Assembly (NCBI GenBank): GCA_049472335.1
Contig: JBLIRO010000010.1
Coordinates: 15,527 to 79,526, forward strand
Direction: 5' to 3'
DNA: 64,000 bases
From: a bacterium
GTDB lineage: Bacteria; SZUA-182; DTGQ01; JAFGSM01
The notes beneath the pieces are model-generated. The model was not told the origin of the DNA, did not search any database, and saw only the letters and a list, made by a program, of their open reading frames with translations. Positions 9,565-19,670 of the stretch are shown here, one piece after another. The first letter of the stretch is position 1. Each line of letters starts with the position of its first letter. The position numbers were made by a program, and so were the translations under genes.

Positions 9565-11745
9565 TTAAACGAGCCTGATCTCTTCCATGCTTTTTACCAA
9601 AAGGGTTGTGGGCAGCTTCTGGATCAGGTCATCCATTCGTGCCATGAATTCTCTCTCTTTCCCTTTTTCGGGAAGTCCCATCCCTAAAATCACGAGATCG
9701 GCTTGTGCTGATTGGCTTATGATGATTTGCCATATACTGGTTTGGTCCGGATCATAAGGGATAATATTGGCAGATGCCTTTATTCGGACCTCTTCTAAAA
9801 ATTTAGTCAGATTCTGGTGGGCCTGATCCCGCCCTGAGATATCCTTGATACACATATTAAGCCTTATCTCACAATCTTTCCATTCTTGATTCAGGGAAAA
9901 AACATGGGCCATCAGGATCATAAGGTTCCTGTTCAACTGTTGTCCGCCCCACCAGATATCGATGGATCGTTGATTGCCGAATCCCCTTTCCAAATCCAGC
10001 TTAAGCAAGACTACGCTCTTGCCTAAAAGGTGCAGGTCCTGAATAAGCCTGGCAAATTCCTTTTTCCTTTTGGGGTCGGCCGACCAGCCCATAAGAACGA
10101 TATTGGGATAGAGCTTTCCTATTCCGTAAGCCTGTGTTACTGACAGGACACTTTCCCTTAATCTTTCCCCAACATGGGCTATTGAAAATGCCTGAAGTCC
10201 GGTTTTGTCTATAAAATCATTTAGCTGCTTTATGGCTATTTTCCTGAATTTTGCTTGTTCATCACATGAACCTATGATCATCTGAACAAGGGATACAAAG
10301 CCGCGTCCCTTTTCAAGCAATCTTGCCAGATAGATCAGGTGGTCCCGCGTGTTAGGATTGCCCGTAAAAACAAGAATGTTCGGCTTCCAGTTTTTGGGGT
10401 GCCATTCATATTTTTTCAGTTTGAGGAGTGAAAATCTGATCAATGAAAACCATAGCCCTATCCGGACATCTCCCCATGTGGTCCTGATGATCTTTCGCTT
10501 TAAAGTAAAATAAATGATAGAGGTTACAGCTATGGCAATCAGTGTGGCCTTTGCGTTTATAAGAAACATAACATAATAGCATCCCAGTGCCCCAAGCAGG
10601 GAGATTATCCAATGGACCCTCAATCTGGGGCGATAACTGGGATTGCCGACTATATTCTCGAGCGCTGCGATCAGGTTTACTACACCGTAGGTATTCAAAA
10701 AGAACATGGTCACTACCGGGGCCACGAGATTCAGGTTTCCCATCAGGATAAACACCTCGGCAATGGCAAACGTGACAAGGAGGGCTATGCGGGGCTCATT
10801 TGTCGGGCCGCTTCCTTTACCCATGAACCTTGGCAGAACGCGGTCTCTGGCGAGGGCCTGCATGGTCCTTGGCGCGGCCAGTATATTGCCTAACGCTGAG
10901 GATAGGGTTGCCGCCCAAAGCCCTAAAACGATAGGGAAGCGCCATAAAGCTATATCCATCATAATGGCAGTATTGGATCTCAAGGTTTCCGGGGATGCGT
11001 TTCTGGCAAACCAGACTGCCTGCATCAGATATACTAGGCATGTCACGCCTATGGCAAGAAAGGTCCCCCAGGGGATGCTGACGGATGGGTCCTTCAAATC
11101 ACCTGACATGCTTACTCCCACTTCCATGCCTGTAACTGCAGGGAAATAGATGGAAAATACCAGCCAAAAACCAGCGGACCCTTCGGATGCGGTCCATGAG
11201 ATGGGAATGCCTCCTTTCGCTCCTCCCCAGAAGAACGAGACCAATGCCAGCCCGAGAAAGGCCATTATCACATACTGTACACGTATCGCCCAATCAGCAC
11301 CGGCAAAAGAGACAACGGAAAGTATGAGACATGTCAGGGTTGCTATCCAGACAGGATGCAGATTAGGAAAGACCCACATCAACCCTTCGGTGAATCCGAT
11401 GATATACAGGGCTATGGATATGGCCTGGGAAAGATAGAGAGGTATTCCGATACTTCCTCCCGCTGCCAGACCCAGGGTGCGGGATATGAGGTAGTAATTC
11501 CCTCCCACTCCTATGTCCATACTAGTGGCAATAGCTGAAAGGGACAGGCCTGTGGATGTGGTTATCAGATTTGAGATGATTATGATCAGCAACGCCCCAA
11601 AAAGACCCACATTGCCAACTACCCACCCGGCCCTCAGGAAAAGGATTACTCCTAATATAGTAAGCACCGCAGGTGTAAAAACACCGCCAAAGGTGCCGAA
11701 ACTATGTCCCTGCTTGAATGCCCCCTTTTCTTGTTTGTTATTCAT
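9565..11745 (-). CDS. Cation-chloride cotransporter (SLC12/CCC-like amino acid permease)
   Basis: FGTFGGVFTPAVLTILGVILFLR, LSLSAIAT, GGNYYLISRTLG, FPAVTG; C-terminal KNWKPNILV and IDIWWGG domain. Confidence 0.9.
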   Translation of the reverse strand: MNNKQEKGAFKQGHSFGTFGGVFTPAVLTILGVILFLRAGWVVGNVGLFGALLIIIISNLITTSTGLSLSAIATSMDIGVGGNYYLISRTLGLAAGGSIGIPLYLSQAISIALYIIGFTEGLMWVFPNLHPVWIATLTCLILSVVSFAGADWAIRVQYVIMAFLGLALVSFFWGGAKGGIPISWTASEGSAGFWLVFSIYFPAVTGMEVGVSMSGDLKDPSVSIPWGTFLAIGVTCLVYLMQAVWFARNASPETLRSNTAIMMDIALWRFPIVLGLWAATLSSALGNILAAPRTMQALARDRVLPRFMGKGSGPTNEPRIALLVTFAIAEVFILMGNLNLVAPVVTMFFLNTYGVVNLIAALENIVGNPSYRPRLRVHWIISLLGALGCYYVMFLINAKATLIAIAVTSIIYFTLKRKIIRTTWGDVRIGLWFSLIRFSLLKLKKYEWHPKNWKPNILVFTGNPNTRDHLIYLARLLEKGRGFVSLVQMIIGSCDEQAKFRKIAIKQLNDFIDKTGLQAFSIAHVGERLRESVLSVTQAYGIGKLYPNIVLMGWSADPKRKKEFARLIQDLHLLGKSVVLLKLDLERGFGNQRSIDIWWGGQQLNRNLMILMAHVFSLNQEWKDCEIRLNMCIKDISGRDQAHQNLTKFLEEVRIKASANIIPYDPDQTSIWQIIISQSAQADLVILGMGLPEKGKEREFMARMDDLIQKLPTTLLVKSMEEIRLV

Positions 11746-11835
11746 TGTATGTATAGACTATAAGAAGACAATACCAAATTTCAAGCCTTTTGATTAATTT
11801 TTGTATTGGAGTTCGAAATAATTCCAATATAAATC

Positions 11836-13530
11836 TTAATCAAGAAACATGAATTCGATGTCACCTGAACTTGTCCGGAACAAGTCTGTAATCAGACCAA
11901 ATAAAGGCATTGCCTCCCAGGGAACAGATCCGGATGAATTTCCAAAAGCACCCTGAAAACCTTGGGGATTTGAGTTTAGTTGCCAATTGTTAAAAGTAAA
12001 AGAATAAGAATTAGGGCCATTTCCACGATTTTGATAAGGATTCTGGTCCCAATTCAAACCGGGTGGGGAAAAAAAAGAAGAAAAAAATGACCAGGGATAA
12101 AAGGATGAAAATGGATTGTTAAAGTAATTGAAAAAGGGACTAAAGGGCCATTCCGTATCCATATAAAAGAAAGATCCAGCTTCTTCTTTTTCCTCCTCAA
12201 TATAGTTGTCGTAATAATCCAGATACCATGAGTTTTCAAGTTTGAATGGCTTGAGCTTTTCAGGATCGGAGGGATCTGTTATGTCCCCCAGGAGGATTTG
12301 ATCCTTCTGTGAGATGACCAGAATGTTCTGATATATCTCCATATTATGGCATATACCCTTAATCTTTAGGTTTGTTAAGGGTTCCGGTTTAAATGTTTGT
12401 TCGTTCAAAAGTAAAATATAGATTTGCGATTGATTGGTATAAAAGGAATTGGAAAGGACATATATGATATTCCCTTTGGAGCATACAATTTCTTCGCTTC
12501 CAGGAAGATTTAATGAACCGACTTGAATTAAATCAAGAAAGTCCTTATAATCAAAAATCCTAAGTTTCGATATTAAATCGTAGTCCCCCCCAGCGGTCAG
12601 GATGCACCCCCCCGTCATCCTGACCGCTTCCCCATATAAATCGAGATGATCAACAAGCTCCATTCCCATCGGTTCCGATATATCGATTATATTCAGCCCT
12701 GAATGCTTATCTCCAATTGCCAATAGAATGTCCTGGTTGATATGAAGGTCCTTAACACATCCATCCAGCACAATATTATCAAAGGGAGAAATGTCTTGCT
12801 GCTCGGAGATATTCCAGGAGGTTATGATGCTGTTGTAATCGTAAAAAGTGAAAAATGCCCAGCCGTTTCTGATTTCCATGTCCTGTACTGAAGGGTAATT
12901 AAGATCCTGATAACTGATTAATTCGGGCGTGTTAGGATCTTCGATATCGATGATATAAAATCCTGCGGGGTTATTTATCAAGATATAGGCAAGATTTTCT
13001 TCAATTAGAAGTTTTTTAACCTCTCCGTGACCAAAGGGCCCTGATTCGGATTCAAACTGCAGCTCTCCTGTTTTTTTGTATTCCGTGGTATCTGTTATAT
13101 CGATGAGCTGAAGATCATAGATTGAAATTGGAGTTTTTTCACTCATATTACCAAACATTTGACCTTCGCATATCACCAGATGTCCATTTGTAACAGCTTC
13201 TGCATGTCCCAAATATTCAAGAGGATAAACTTCTTTAATGTCAGGGGAATCTTCCGATATGCCGTTATCGGAATCATTCCAATCCGCCCATGAACCAAAC
13301 CATGAACTTAACCCGAAAGGAAAAGAGGACATCCAGGGATCAAAGAAAGGCGTTCCTCTTCCCCAGAAAAATGGATTTGAAAAATTTGAGCTTGTCTGGG
13401 AATATGGTGTCATATATATATTTACCGTATAAGAGGGTGAATCCAATTGGCTTATAGCAGGCAACGGGCTTAAACATATGGTAATTGCGGTAATTATACA
13501 GGGAATTAAAAGGGACCTTCCGGCTTTCAT
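11836..13530 (-). CDS. Secreted LVIVD-repeat (beta-propeller) protein with F/P/S/W-rich flanks
   Basis: Signal peptide with GGAGG RBS; repeats such as GFYIIDIEDPNTPELI, GLNIIDISEPMGMELV, LLGDITDPSDPEKL. Confidence 0.8.
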   Translation of the reverse strand: MKAGRSLLIPCIITAITICLSPLPAISQLDSPSYTVNIYMTPYSQTSSNFSNPFFWGRGTPFFDPWMSSFPFGLSSWFGSWADWNDSDNGISEDSPDIKEVYPLEYLGHAEAVTNGHLVICEGQMFGNMSEKTPISIYDLQLIDITDTTEYKKTGELQFESESGPFGHGEVKKLLIEENLAYILINNPAGFYIIDIEDPNTPELISYQDLNYPSVQDMEIRNGWAFFTFYDYNSIITSWNISEQQDISPFDNIVLDGCVKDLHINQDILLAIGDKHSGLNIIDISEPMGMELVDHLDLYGEAVRMTGGCILTAGGDYDLISKLRIFDYKDFLDLIQVGSLNLPGSEEIVCSKGNIIYVLSNSFYTNQSQIYILLLNEQTFKPEPLTNLKIKGICHNMEIYQNILVISQKDQILLGDITDPSDPEKLKPFKLENSWYLDYYDNYIEEEKEEAGSFFYMDTEWPFSPFFNYFNNPFSSFYPWSFFSSFFSPPGLNWDQNPYQNRGNGPNSYSFTFNNWQLNSNPQGFQGAFGNSSGSVPWEAMPLFGLITDLFRTSSGDIEFMFLD

Positions 13531-13709
13531 CTCAGACCTCCAATAGTATCTGTAAGATTTAGATTAAAAAAACAACTATAAAGATTTTACTCTCAGGCTG
13601 GACTTGCTAACTACTCAGGCCGGACCTTCCGAATCATTAAGCAAATTTCCGGGAAATCTTGGGATGAATAAAACAGAGAAGAAATTTTTTTGATATTGAA
13701 TATGAATCA

Positions 13710-13726
13710 AGCATTTTATGTGCCAG
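13710..13726 (-). promoter_or_regulatory. Probable sigma54 (-24/-12) promoter for the LVIVD gene
   Basis: Minus strand CTGGCACATAAAATGCT: GG-N10-GC with TGGCAC, about 180 nt upstream of ATG 13530. Confidence 0.6.
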
Positions 13727-13908
13727 CCTGGAAGGGGAAAGAGGCGACAGAGGCAAAGGCCTCCAATATTGTTTGATTTTCGGATTTTTTTAAGTCCTTA
13801 AACCTGAATGGATTTTAAAAAATAGAAGGGGCTTTAAACCGGGAGCTGTTAACATCTGTTCTTTTAGGACGCACGAATTGTTTATTGATTGAACAGTTAT
13901 GAAATTTT

Positions 13909-15873
13909 CTATTTTTTGCTTATTTTGGAATTGCCGGTAATTCGATGGAACTGGTAAATGCTTGAGAATGGAAGTGTGCGCATTAACTCTTCAAGATTTG
14001 TTTTTCCGGAATTAAGTTTTTCCATTGCATCCTCTGCCATTAAGATGGTGCTTGCATAGGCGCTTTTTCGAAGCTCTTCAATGCCTGCTCCTTTGTTGAT
14101 AAGAATCATATCCTTTTCACTTGGGACCCATAGCTCTGCTACCGCAATACAACCCCTGTAGCCTGTATTATGGCATTCAGAGCATCCCTGTCCTCTAAAC
14201 CAGTGGAAATTAGCCGGAGGGGCATCAAAAAATTCTTTAAGCACCTCTTCTGAAGGTATATATTCTTCTTTACAATGTGGGCAGATTCGTCTAACCAGAC
14301 GTTGGGATAAAACCCCCAAAAGGCATGAGACAATCTGGCTCGGATCAACTTTAAGATCCAATAACCGCATAATAGTACTGATAGCATCGTTAGTATGCAG
14401 GGTGCTTAAGACCATATGTCCGGTCTGGGCTGCCCTAAAGGCCATTTCTGCTGTTTCCGAGTCTCTGATCTCTCCGATCATGATGATTTCCGGGTCCTGT
14501 CTCAAGAAGGCCCTGACATAATTGGCAAAGGTATTACCTATCTTCGGATTCACCTCGCATTGGGTAATTTTGTCATAGACATATTCAATAGGGTCCTCCG
14601 CGGACAGGATCTTGATACCGGGGCGATACGAAGTCAGTAATGAACCGTATAGTGTAGTGCTTTTTCCGGCCCCTGCGGGTCCGGTAACAAGAAGGATGCC
14701 CGAGTTTATTTTTAATAACTGGTGTAGAGATTCATTGATCTTTTTAGAAAATCCGAGCTGGTCAATGGATTTTGGCGCTTTTCTGGTATCCAGAATCCTT
14801 AAAACCACATTTTCTCCATAATAACCAGGAACGATAGAAATACGAAAATCTATCTTTGATTCTATCCCTTCTTTCGCAAATCTAGCACGGAAGCTTCCGT
14901 CCTGAGGACGTCTTTTTTCAGCGATATCCAGTCTTCCGAGGATTTTGATGCGTGAAACCACTTCTTTATGCAGCTTTTTGAGGTCTTCCTCGAGTTGGCC
15001 CAGATAAAGCTCCTGGAGAACTCCATCGATCCTGAACCTCAATAAAGCGGATTGGTCCGTGGTTTCAATATGAATATCCGAAGCGGAATTTTTTAATCCC
15101 ATGGCGATTATCTGTCCCACAAGACTATCGGCTCTCTTGTTTTGCTGAGATGGAACGCCTTCCATTTCAGGGATATCTTCTTCGATTAATTTTATACCAA
15201 TATCCGTTTCCTCGAGCATATTGTCTTCATATAACTTTTTGAAGGCATCCAGGATGGCTCCCCTTGTTGAGGTAACCACATTGATATTGAAGCCGGTAAT
15301 TGCCTTAAGTTCCTCGATTAGATCTATATCAGTGGGATCATCCATGGCCAGGGTTATTGTATGTCCGATCCTTGCAATCGGAACGATCCGGTTTTTTTGA
15401 GCATAGTTTTTGTTGATTAGCTTTGAAAGACTTTCATCTACGGAGATGGTTTTAAAATCCACAAATGGTATGTTGAGCTGATTGCAAAGTGTTTGCCTCA
15501 TTACCTCTTCGGAGATAAAGTCGAGCTCCACGAGGGCTTCTCCCAGGCGGAGGCGTGTTTTTTTTTGATAATCCAATGCAATCTCAAGGGTTTCTTTGGT
15601 GATAATTCCAGAATGTACCAATATTTCACCAAGACGGGGCCGTTTTTGAAAGCGATCCAGAAGAAAATTTAGTTGTTTTTGGGTTATGATACCTCTGTCA
15701 ACCAGGATTTGGCCGACCGGTTTATAACCGGAAAGTTTTTCCTGATGTCTCAATGCCTCCTGAAGCTGTGATTTGGTAACAAGTTTTTCCAGAATTAAGA
15801 TATCACCTATTTTGTAATCATCATAAAGGCCCTTTTTCTTCTTTTTGTCCTCTAATTGTTGAACCGCGTCCAT
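13909..15873 (-). CDS. GspE/PilB-family secretion or pilus ATPase with tandem MshEN domains
   Basis: Four (R/K/P)hGxxL half-motifs at the N-terminus; ASDIHIE; LDIAEKRRPQDG; Walker A GPAGAGKST; LRQDPEIIMIGEIRD; STLHTND; CPHC...CSEC zinc motif. Confidence 0.92.
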   Translation of the reverse strand: MDAVQQLEDKKKKKGLYDDYKIGDILILEKLVTKSQLQEALRHQEKLSGYKPVGQILVDRGIITQKQLNFLLDRFQKRPRLGEILVHSGIITKETLEIALDYQKKTRLRLGEALVELDFISEEVMRQTLCNQLNIPFVDFKTISVDESLSKLINKNYAQKNRIVPIARIGHTITLAMDDPTDIDLIEELKAITGFNINVVTSTRGAILDAFKKLYEDNMLEETDIGIKLIEEDIPEMEGVPSQQNKRADSLVGQIIAMGLKNSASDIHIETTDQSALLRFRIDGVLQELYLGQLEEDLKKLHKEVVSRIKILGRLDIAEKRRPQDGSFRARFAKEGIESKIDFRISIVPGYYGENVVLRILDTRKAPKSIDQLGFSKKINESLHQLLKINSGILLVTGPAGAGKSTTLYGSLLTSYRPGIKILSAEDPIEYVYDKITQCEVNPKIGNTFANYVRAFLRQDPEIIMIGEIRDSETAEMAFRAAQTGHMVLSTLHTNDAISTIMRLLDLKVDPSQIVSCLLGVLSQRLVRRICPHCKEEYIPSEEVLKEFFDAPPANFHWFRGQGCSECHNTGYRGCIAVAELWVPSEKDMILINKGAGIEELRKSAYASTILMAEDAMEKLNSGKTNLEELMRTLPFSSIYQFHRITGNSKISKK

Positions 15874-15996
15874 GATGTCTCCTCATGACAAGATGATAAC
15901 AATCATTAAGCCGCATATTTATATTATTAATATCGACAAAAAGATCTCAAAAAAATTGTCTGGCAATATTTTCAAAATGTCTCTTACGGACCTCTT

Positions 15997-16890
15997 CTAT
16001 GCTCTGCTGTTTCCATAAAAGTCATTGATGATATCAAAGGCCTCCTGGGCCGTCTCGACATACTTGAAAATCTTTAAATCTTCCGGATCGATCATACCTT
16101 CTTCCAGCATGACATCGAAATCCAAGACGCGCTTCCAATACTCTTTACCAAACAGCAGCACGGGAATCGGTTTTATCTTTTTGGTTTGTATGAGAGTCAG
16201 TGCGTCAAACAGCTCATCCAGGGTTCCGAAACCGCCGGGAAATATGACGAGAGCCTTTGCCCGCATGAGAAAATGCATCTTACGAATTGCAAAGTAATGA
16301 AATTGAAAACAGAGTTCGGGAGTAATATACTGATTTGGCGCTTGCTCAGTAGGTAAAACGATATTCAGCCCTATGCTCATTTTCCCTGCATCGTGGGCGC
16401 CTCTATTTGCTGCTCCCATGATACCCTGGCCGCCTCCGGTGATAATTACATAATTATAGTCTTTCTGATTCTGACACGAGGAAGAAATTAGATGGGCAAA
16501 CTCCCTCGCGGCCTCATAATACCTGCTCTTTTCAAGTCTCCGCCAGCTAATTTCAACTTGTCTTGCTAGCTCAGGGTCTGAGGGCGCTTCTAAGGCCTTT
16601 GACTTTGCTTTATTGTAATTTGACCTGGCTTTTTTTGGATCCAGAATACGCGAGCTTCCAAATACAACAATTGTTGAGTCGATTCCCTTTTCTTTTAAAA
16701 TAAGCTCAGGTTTATACAGCTCAAGTTGTAGCCTGACCGGCCTGAGTTCGTCCCTTAGTAAAAAATCCTCATCGGCATAAGCCAAGCGATAGCTGGCAGA
16801 GCGGGTTTGTGCTGTATTCTTGACGGTATCTGCTTTTTTTGCGTCTTCGTTTGCGCTTGGGAAAACTCTGGAACCGGTATCTTTGCTCAT
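15997..16890 (-). CDS. LOG-family (TIGR00730 / lysine decarboxylase-like) nucleotide phosphoribohydrolase
   Basis: VFGSSR, TGGGQGIMGAANRGA, FHYFAIRKMHF, FPGGFGTLDELF. Confidence 0.9.
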   Translation of the reverse strand: MSKDTGSRVFPSANEDAKKADTVKNTAQTRSASYRLAYADEDFLLRDELRPVRLQLELYKPELILKEKGIDSTIVVFGSSRILDPKKARSNYNKAKSKALEAPSDPELARQVEISWRRLEKSRYYEAAREFAHLISSSCQNQKDYNYVIITGGGQGIMGAANRGAHDAGKMSIGLNIVLPTEQAPNQYITPELCFQFHYFAIRKMHFLMRAKALVIFPGGFGTLDELFDALTLIQTKKIKPIPVLLFGKEYWKRVLDFDVMLEEGMIDPEDLKIFKYVETAQEAFDIINDFYGNSRA

Positions 16891-17064
16891 TGACTATCCC
16901 CCTTACAAGTCTTACATATTCTTAATCAGATGTCATTATATAACCAAGTATAGCTAAAACAAAATATTTTAGCATATCATATAAAACAGGTCTACAAATT
17001 TGATGATTAAATAATCTTTGACTGCATGTTTTACAATTGTCAAATGTGTCCACTGATCCCTAAT

Positions 17065-17105
17065 AAAAACCCCGCAGGCTTATGACAATCCTGCGGGGTT
17101 TTTTT
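17065..17105 (-). terminator. Intrinsic terminator (bidirectional form)
   Basis: AAAAACCCCGCAGG...CCTGCGGGGTTTTT downstream of 17175..17825. Confidence 0.8.
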
Positions 17106-17174
17106 ATTAATTAAAGAGATTATATATCTAACTTAAAAACCTGCCTTGTATTGCGGGTTTAAACGATACTTTTG

Positions 17175-17825
17175 TTAAATAACCGGGGGCATAGCTATCG
17201 GAAATAGTGAACCTGTTGTGGGGACTGGAGCAGTTGTCGGCAGCATAAGAGCAGTTGGCCAGAAAGAGGCTCCTCCGATACCTATTGTCGGTGTCGGTGC
17301 TGCCATGAGTGGAGTTAATCCTACGCCACCAAAAGTAGGCGTAACCGTTGGTGTTGGTGCGATCATCAGGGGGGTTAAGCCGATACCGCCGAATGTGGGT
17401 GTAACTGTAGGGGTTGGTGCTAGCATAAGAGGTGTTAATCCGATGCCGCCGAATGTCGGAGTAAATGTAGGAGTAAAAGTCGGGGTAAACGCAGGTGTTG
17501 TCGGGGCCAGCATGAAAGCCGGGAAAGCGGCAGCGGTTGTTGGAACTGTGGGAACTGTGGGCAGCATAAGAGCTGTCGGCCACAACCCGATTCCGCCCCC
17601 AATGATACCAGGGGCAACAGTCGGTGTGGGGGCCACCATAAGAGGGGTTAATCCACCGACACCAATTATGGGACTGACTGTAGGGGTTGGTGCTACCATA
17701 AGGGTTGTAGGGGTAATACCAGGTGCCGTGGTTGTAGGAAGGATCACGGCATAAGCATTCAATGAAATAAAGCCTAAAACTGTAATTATAACAAAACTGA
17801 TTAATAAGGATTTCATTAACTTCAT
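17175..17825 (-). CDS. Secreted Pro/Thr/Gly-rich repeat protein
   Basis: AGGAG RBS; signal peptide ending AYA; ~20-aa repeats GGIGLTPLMxAPTPTVTPTF; two copies of WPTALMLPT; followed by a terminator. Confidence 0.8.
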   Translation of the reverse strand: MKLMKSLLISFVIITVLGFISLNAYAVILPTTTAPGITPTTLMVAPTPTVSPIIGVGGLTPLMVAPTPTVAPGIIGGGIGLWPTALMLPTVPTVPTTAAAFPAFMLAPTTPAFTPTFTPTFTPTFGGIGLTPLMLAPTPTVTPTFGGIGLTPLMIAPTPTVTPTFGGVGLTPLMAAPTPTIGIGGASFWPTALMLPTTAPVPTTGSLFPIAMPPVI

Positions 17826-18533
17826 CTTCTAACTCTCCTTTTTTAGACGAATATTTGGTTTTTTAAACCCGTGCGGCAATTCTTTTGACGTGTCAAAGGC
17901 TTTTTATGGATAGAAAAACATAAAGAAATGCCACCAATGAAAAAATAAAATAAAAAACTTTTAAATATCCCATCCCTCCTTTTTTAAAAAATTTTTGTTC
18001 CCAAGGGGATTAAGTTGATAATAGGGTTTGTTTAGAAAAATATGATCGAAAAAATAAAAACGATTAAAAAAACCAAAAATGATTCGGCCTTGCTTAAGTA
18101 TCTGATTTATTGTATTGAATAGAAAAAATCATTTTTTTAAAACCTCACAACAGCCTTCCAGTAATTCTTGTTTTTTGGAATAATCTCTACGAAAATTCCT
18201 TAAGTCAGAGCTTATAGTCTATTTTATTTGTAGATTTAATATACTTATATTTTAAAAACAAATTGTTTATTAAAAATCGACAAAGAATAAATTCAAATTA
18301 AATATTATAAGATTTAATATTTCTAATAAAATTTGACAAAATAAATCATAAAAGGAAAATATAGACGAAAATTATAAATATCTCTTATGGATTATAATTA
18401 ATTTATTTATAAATTTTGTATACCTTTCTTTTGCAAAAGTCTTCTGTATTCCTCGTATATCTACGTATAAACTTCATATAAAGTTAAAAGTGTACAATAA
18501 AGTGAGTCATTATAAGATGAATTTTTAGATAAT

Positions 18534-18562
18534 ATTATATCAAATAATAGGTATTTTGTCAA
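18534..18562 (-). promoter_or_regulatory. Consensus sigma70 promoter with extended -10
   Basis: Minus strand TTGACA-N17-TATAAT, with TG before the -10; about 700 nt upstream of 17825. Confidence 0.7.
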
Positions 18563-18705
18563 TAGTATTTTAAGGTAATAAAAATAGAAAAATAAATAAA
18601 ATAAGTATAATGTCTTAGATCTGTCTTTTGTCAGGTAAAGAAAATAACATTTTAACCCAGATCTTTCATTGGAAAAGATAAATGGAATTAGTCTAAATCC
18701 CTGAC

Positions 18706-18748
18706 AAAAAAGGCATGCTGCGTATTACAAAAGCAGCATGCCTTTTTT
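18706..18748 (-). terminator. Intrinsic terminator
   Basis: AAAAAAGGCATGCTGC...GCAGCATGCCTTTTTT downstream of 18827..19459. Confidence 0.85.
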
Positions 18749-18826
18749 ATACCTTTTTAACTTAATATGTTGGTTTGATATAAATCTCTTTTGAATATTT
18801 CAAATTGCTGTAACCGTTCGAAATAG

Positions 18827-19459
18827 TTAAATAACGGGAACTGGCGCAAAAGTGCCTGTAAAGGCGTATCCTGACGGAATAATATCACTTGCTGCAAGGA
18901 GATTGGGGAAAATTCCGTATAAATTCTGATACGCGGTATTCACAATAGGAATCCAGAAATCAAGCCATAGGATGGGATCAAAGCTTACCAGAGATGCATA
19001 ATTTGTAGGCAATGCTATCGGGGCCGGACCTGTTGTTGAAACGGTACCTGCAAGGGTCGTAGTGGTTGTTACTCCAACCAAAGAAGCAGGGGGCCATGCC
19101 TTGAAAGAATAGACTGGATTGAAAGCTCCTTCAGTGGGATCAAAGTAAATTAGCTCGTTGGCAGTCAAATCAATGGGAACATAATTATAGAGAAGGTAAA
19201 AGTAAGGTAAGCTGGGGTCCCAGACAAAAGCAGGCTGCATCGGAAGATAGGTGCTTTTTGTGAGAGTGCTTACGAGCGGGGTAGGGACACCTGTGAGAGG
19301 ATTCGGAGGAGATAATATGGGAGACCAAAGCGGCCATAAGACATTGTAGGGCGGGATAGCTTGCCATAGTTGAGCCATACCCATATCTGGAAACAGACAA
19401 AAAAGGGTGATAACAAATAAACAAAAAAATAGGACATATTTTGATGATTTTCCTTTCAT
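18827..19459 (-). CDS. Secreted hypothetical Pro/aromatic-rich protein
   Basis: Signal peptide ending GMA|Q; mature start QLWQAIPPYNVLWPLWSP; has its own promoter and terminator. Confidence 0.8.
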   Translation of the reverse strand: MKGKSSKYVLFFCLFVITLFCLFPDMGMAQLWQAIPPYNVLWPLWSPILSPPNPLTGVPTPLVSTLTKSTYLPMQPAFVWDPSLPYFYLLYNYVPIDLTANELIYFDPTEGAFNPVYSFKAWPPASLVGVTTTTTLAGTVSTTGPAPIALPTNYASLVSFDPILWLDFWIPIVNTAYQNLYGIFPNLLAASDIIPSGYAFTGTFAPVPVI

Positions 19460-19580
19460 GATACATCCCCTTCTAAAAAAACAGGATTTTTGAGATAAAC
19501 GCTCGTTTAAATTAAAATCCTCATTAATTAAGCTTAAAAATAGACTTTTATGGTTGCAGTTTTATGAATTATATATAAAA

Positions 19581-19610
19581 AGTATAGCAAAGGATACATA
19601 GGTGTGTCAA
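19581..19610 (-). promoter_or_regulatory. sigma70 promoter for 18827..19459
   Basis: Minus strand TTGACA-N18-TATACT with extended TG. Confidence 0.55.
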
Positions 19611-19670
19611 TATTCTTGGAACAAATAATCGGGTATAACTCTTTGTATTTTAATAATAAACATCATAGGT

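Noticed and set aside
17128..17754. Overlapping ORFs 17128..17583 (-) and 17218..17754 (+)
   Set aside because: Shadow frames of the repeat gene. Only 17175..17825 has an RBS, a signal peptide and a terminator.
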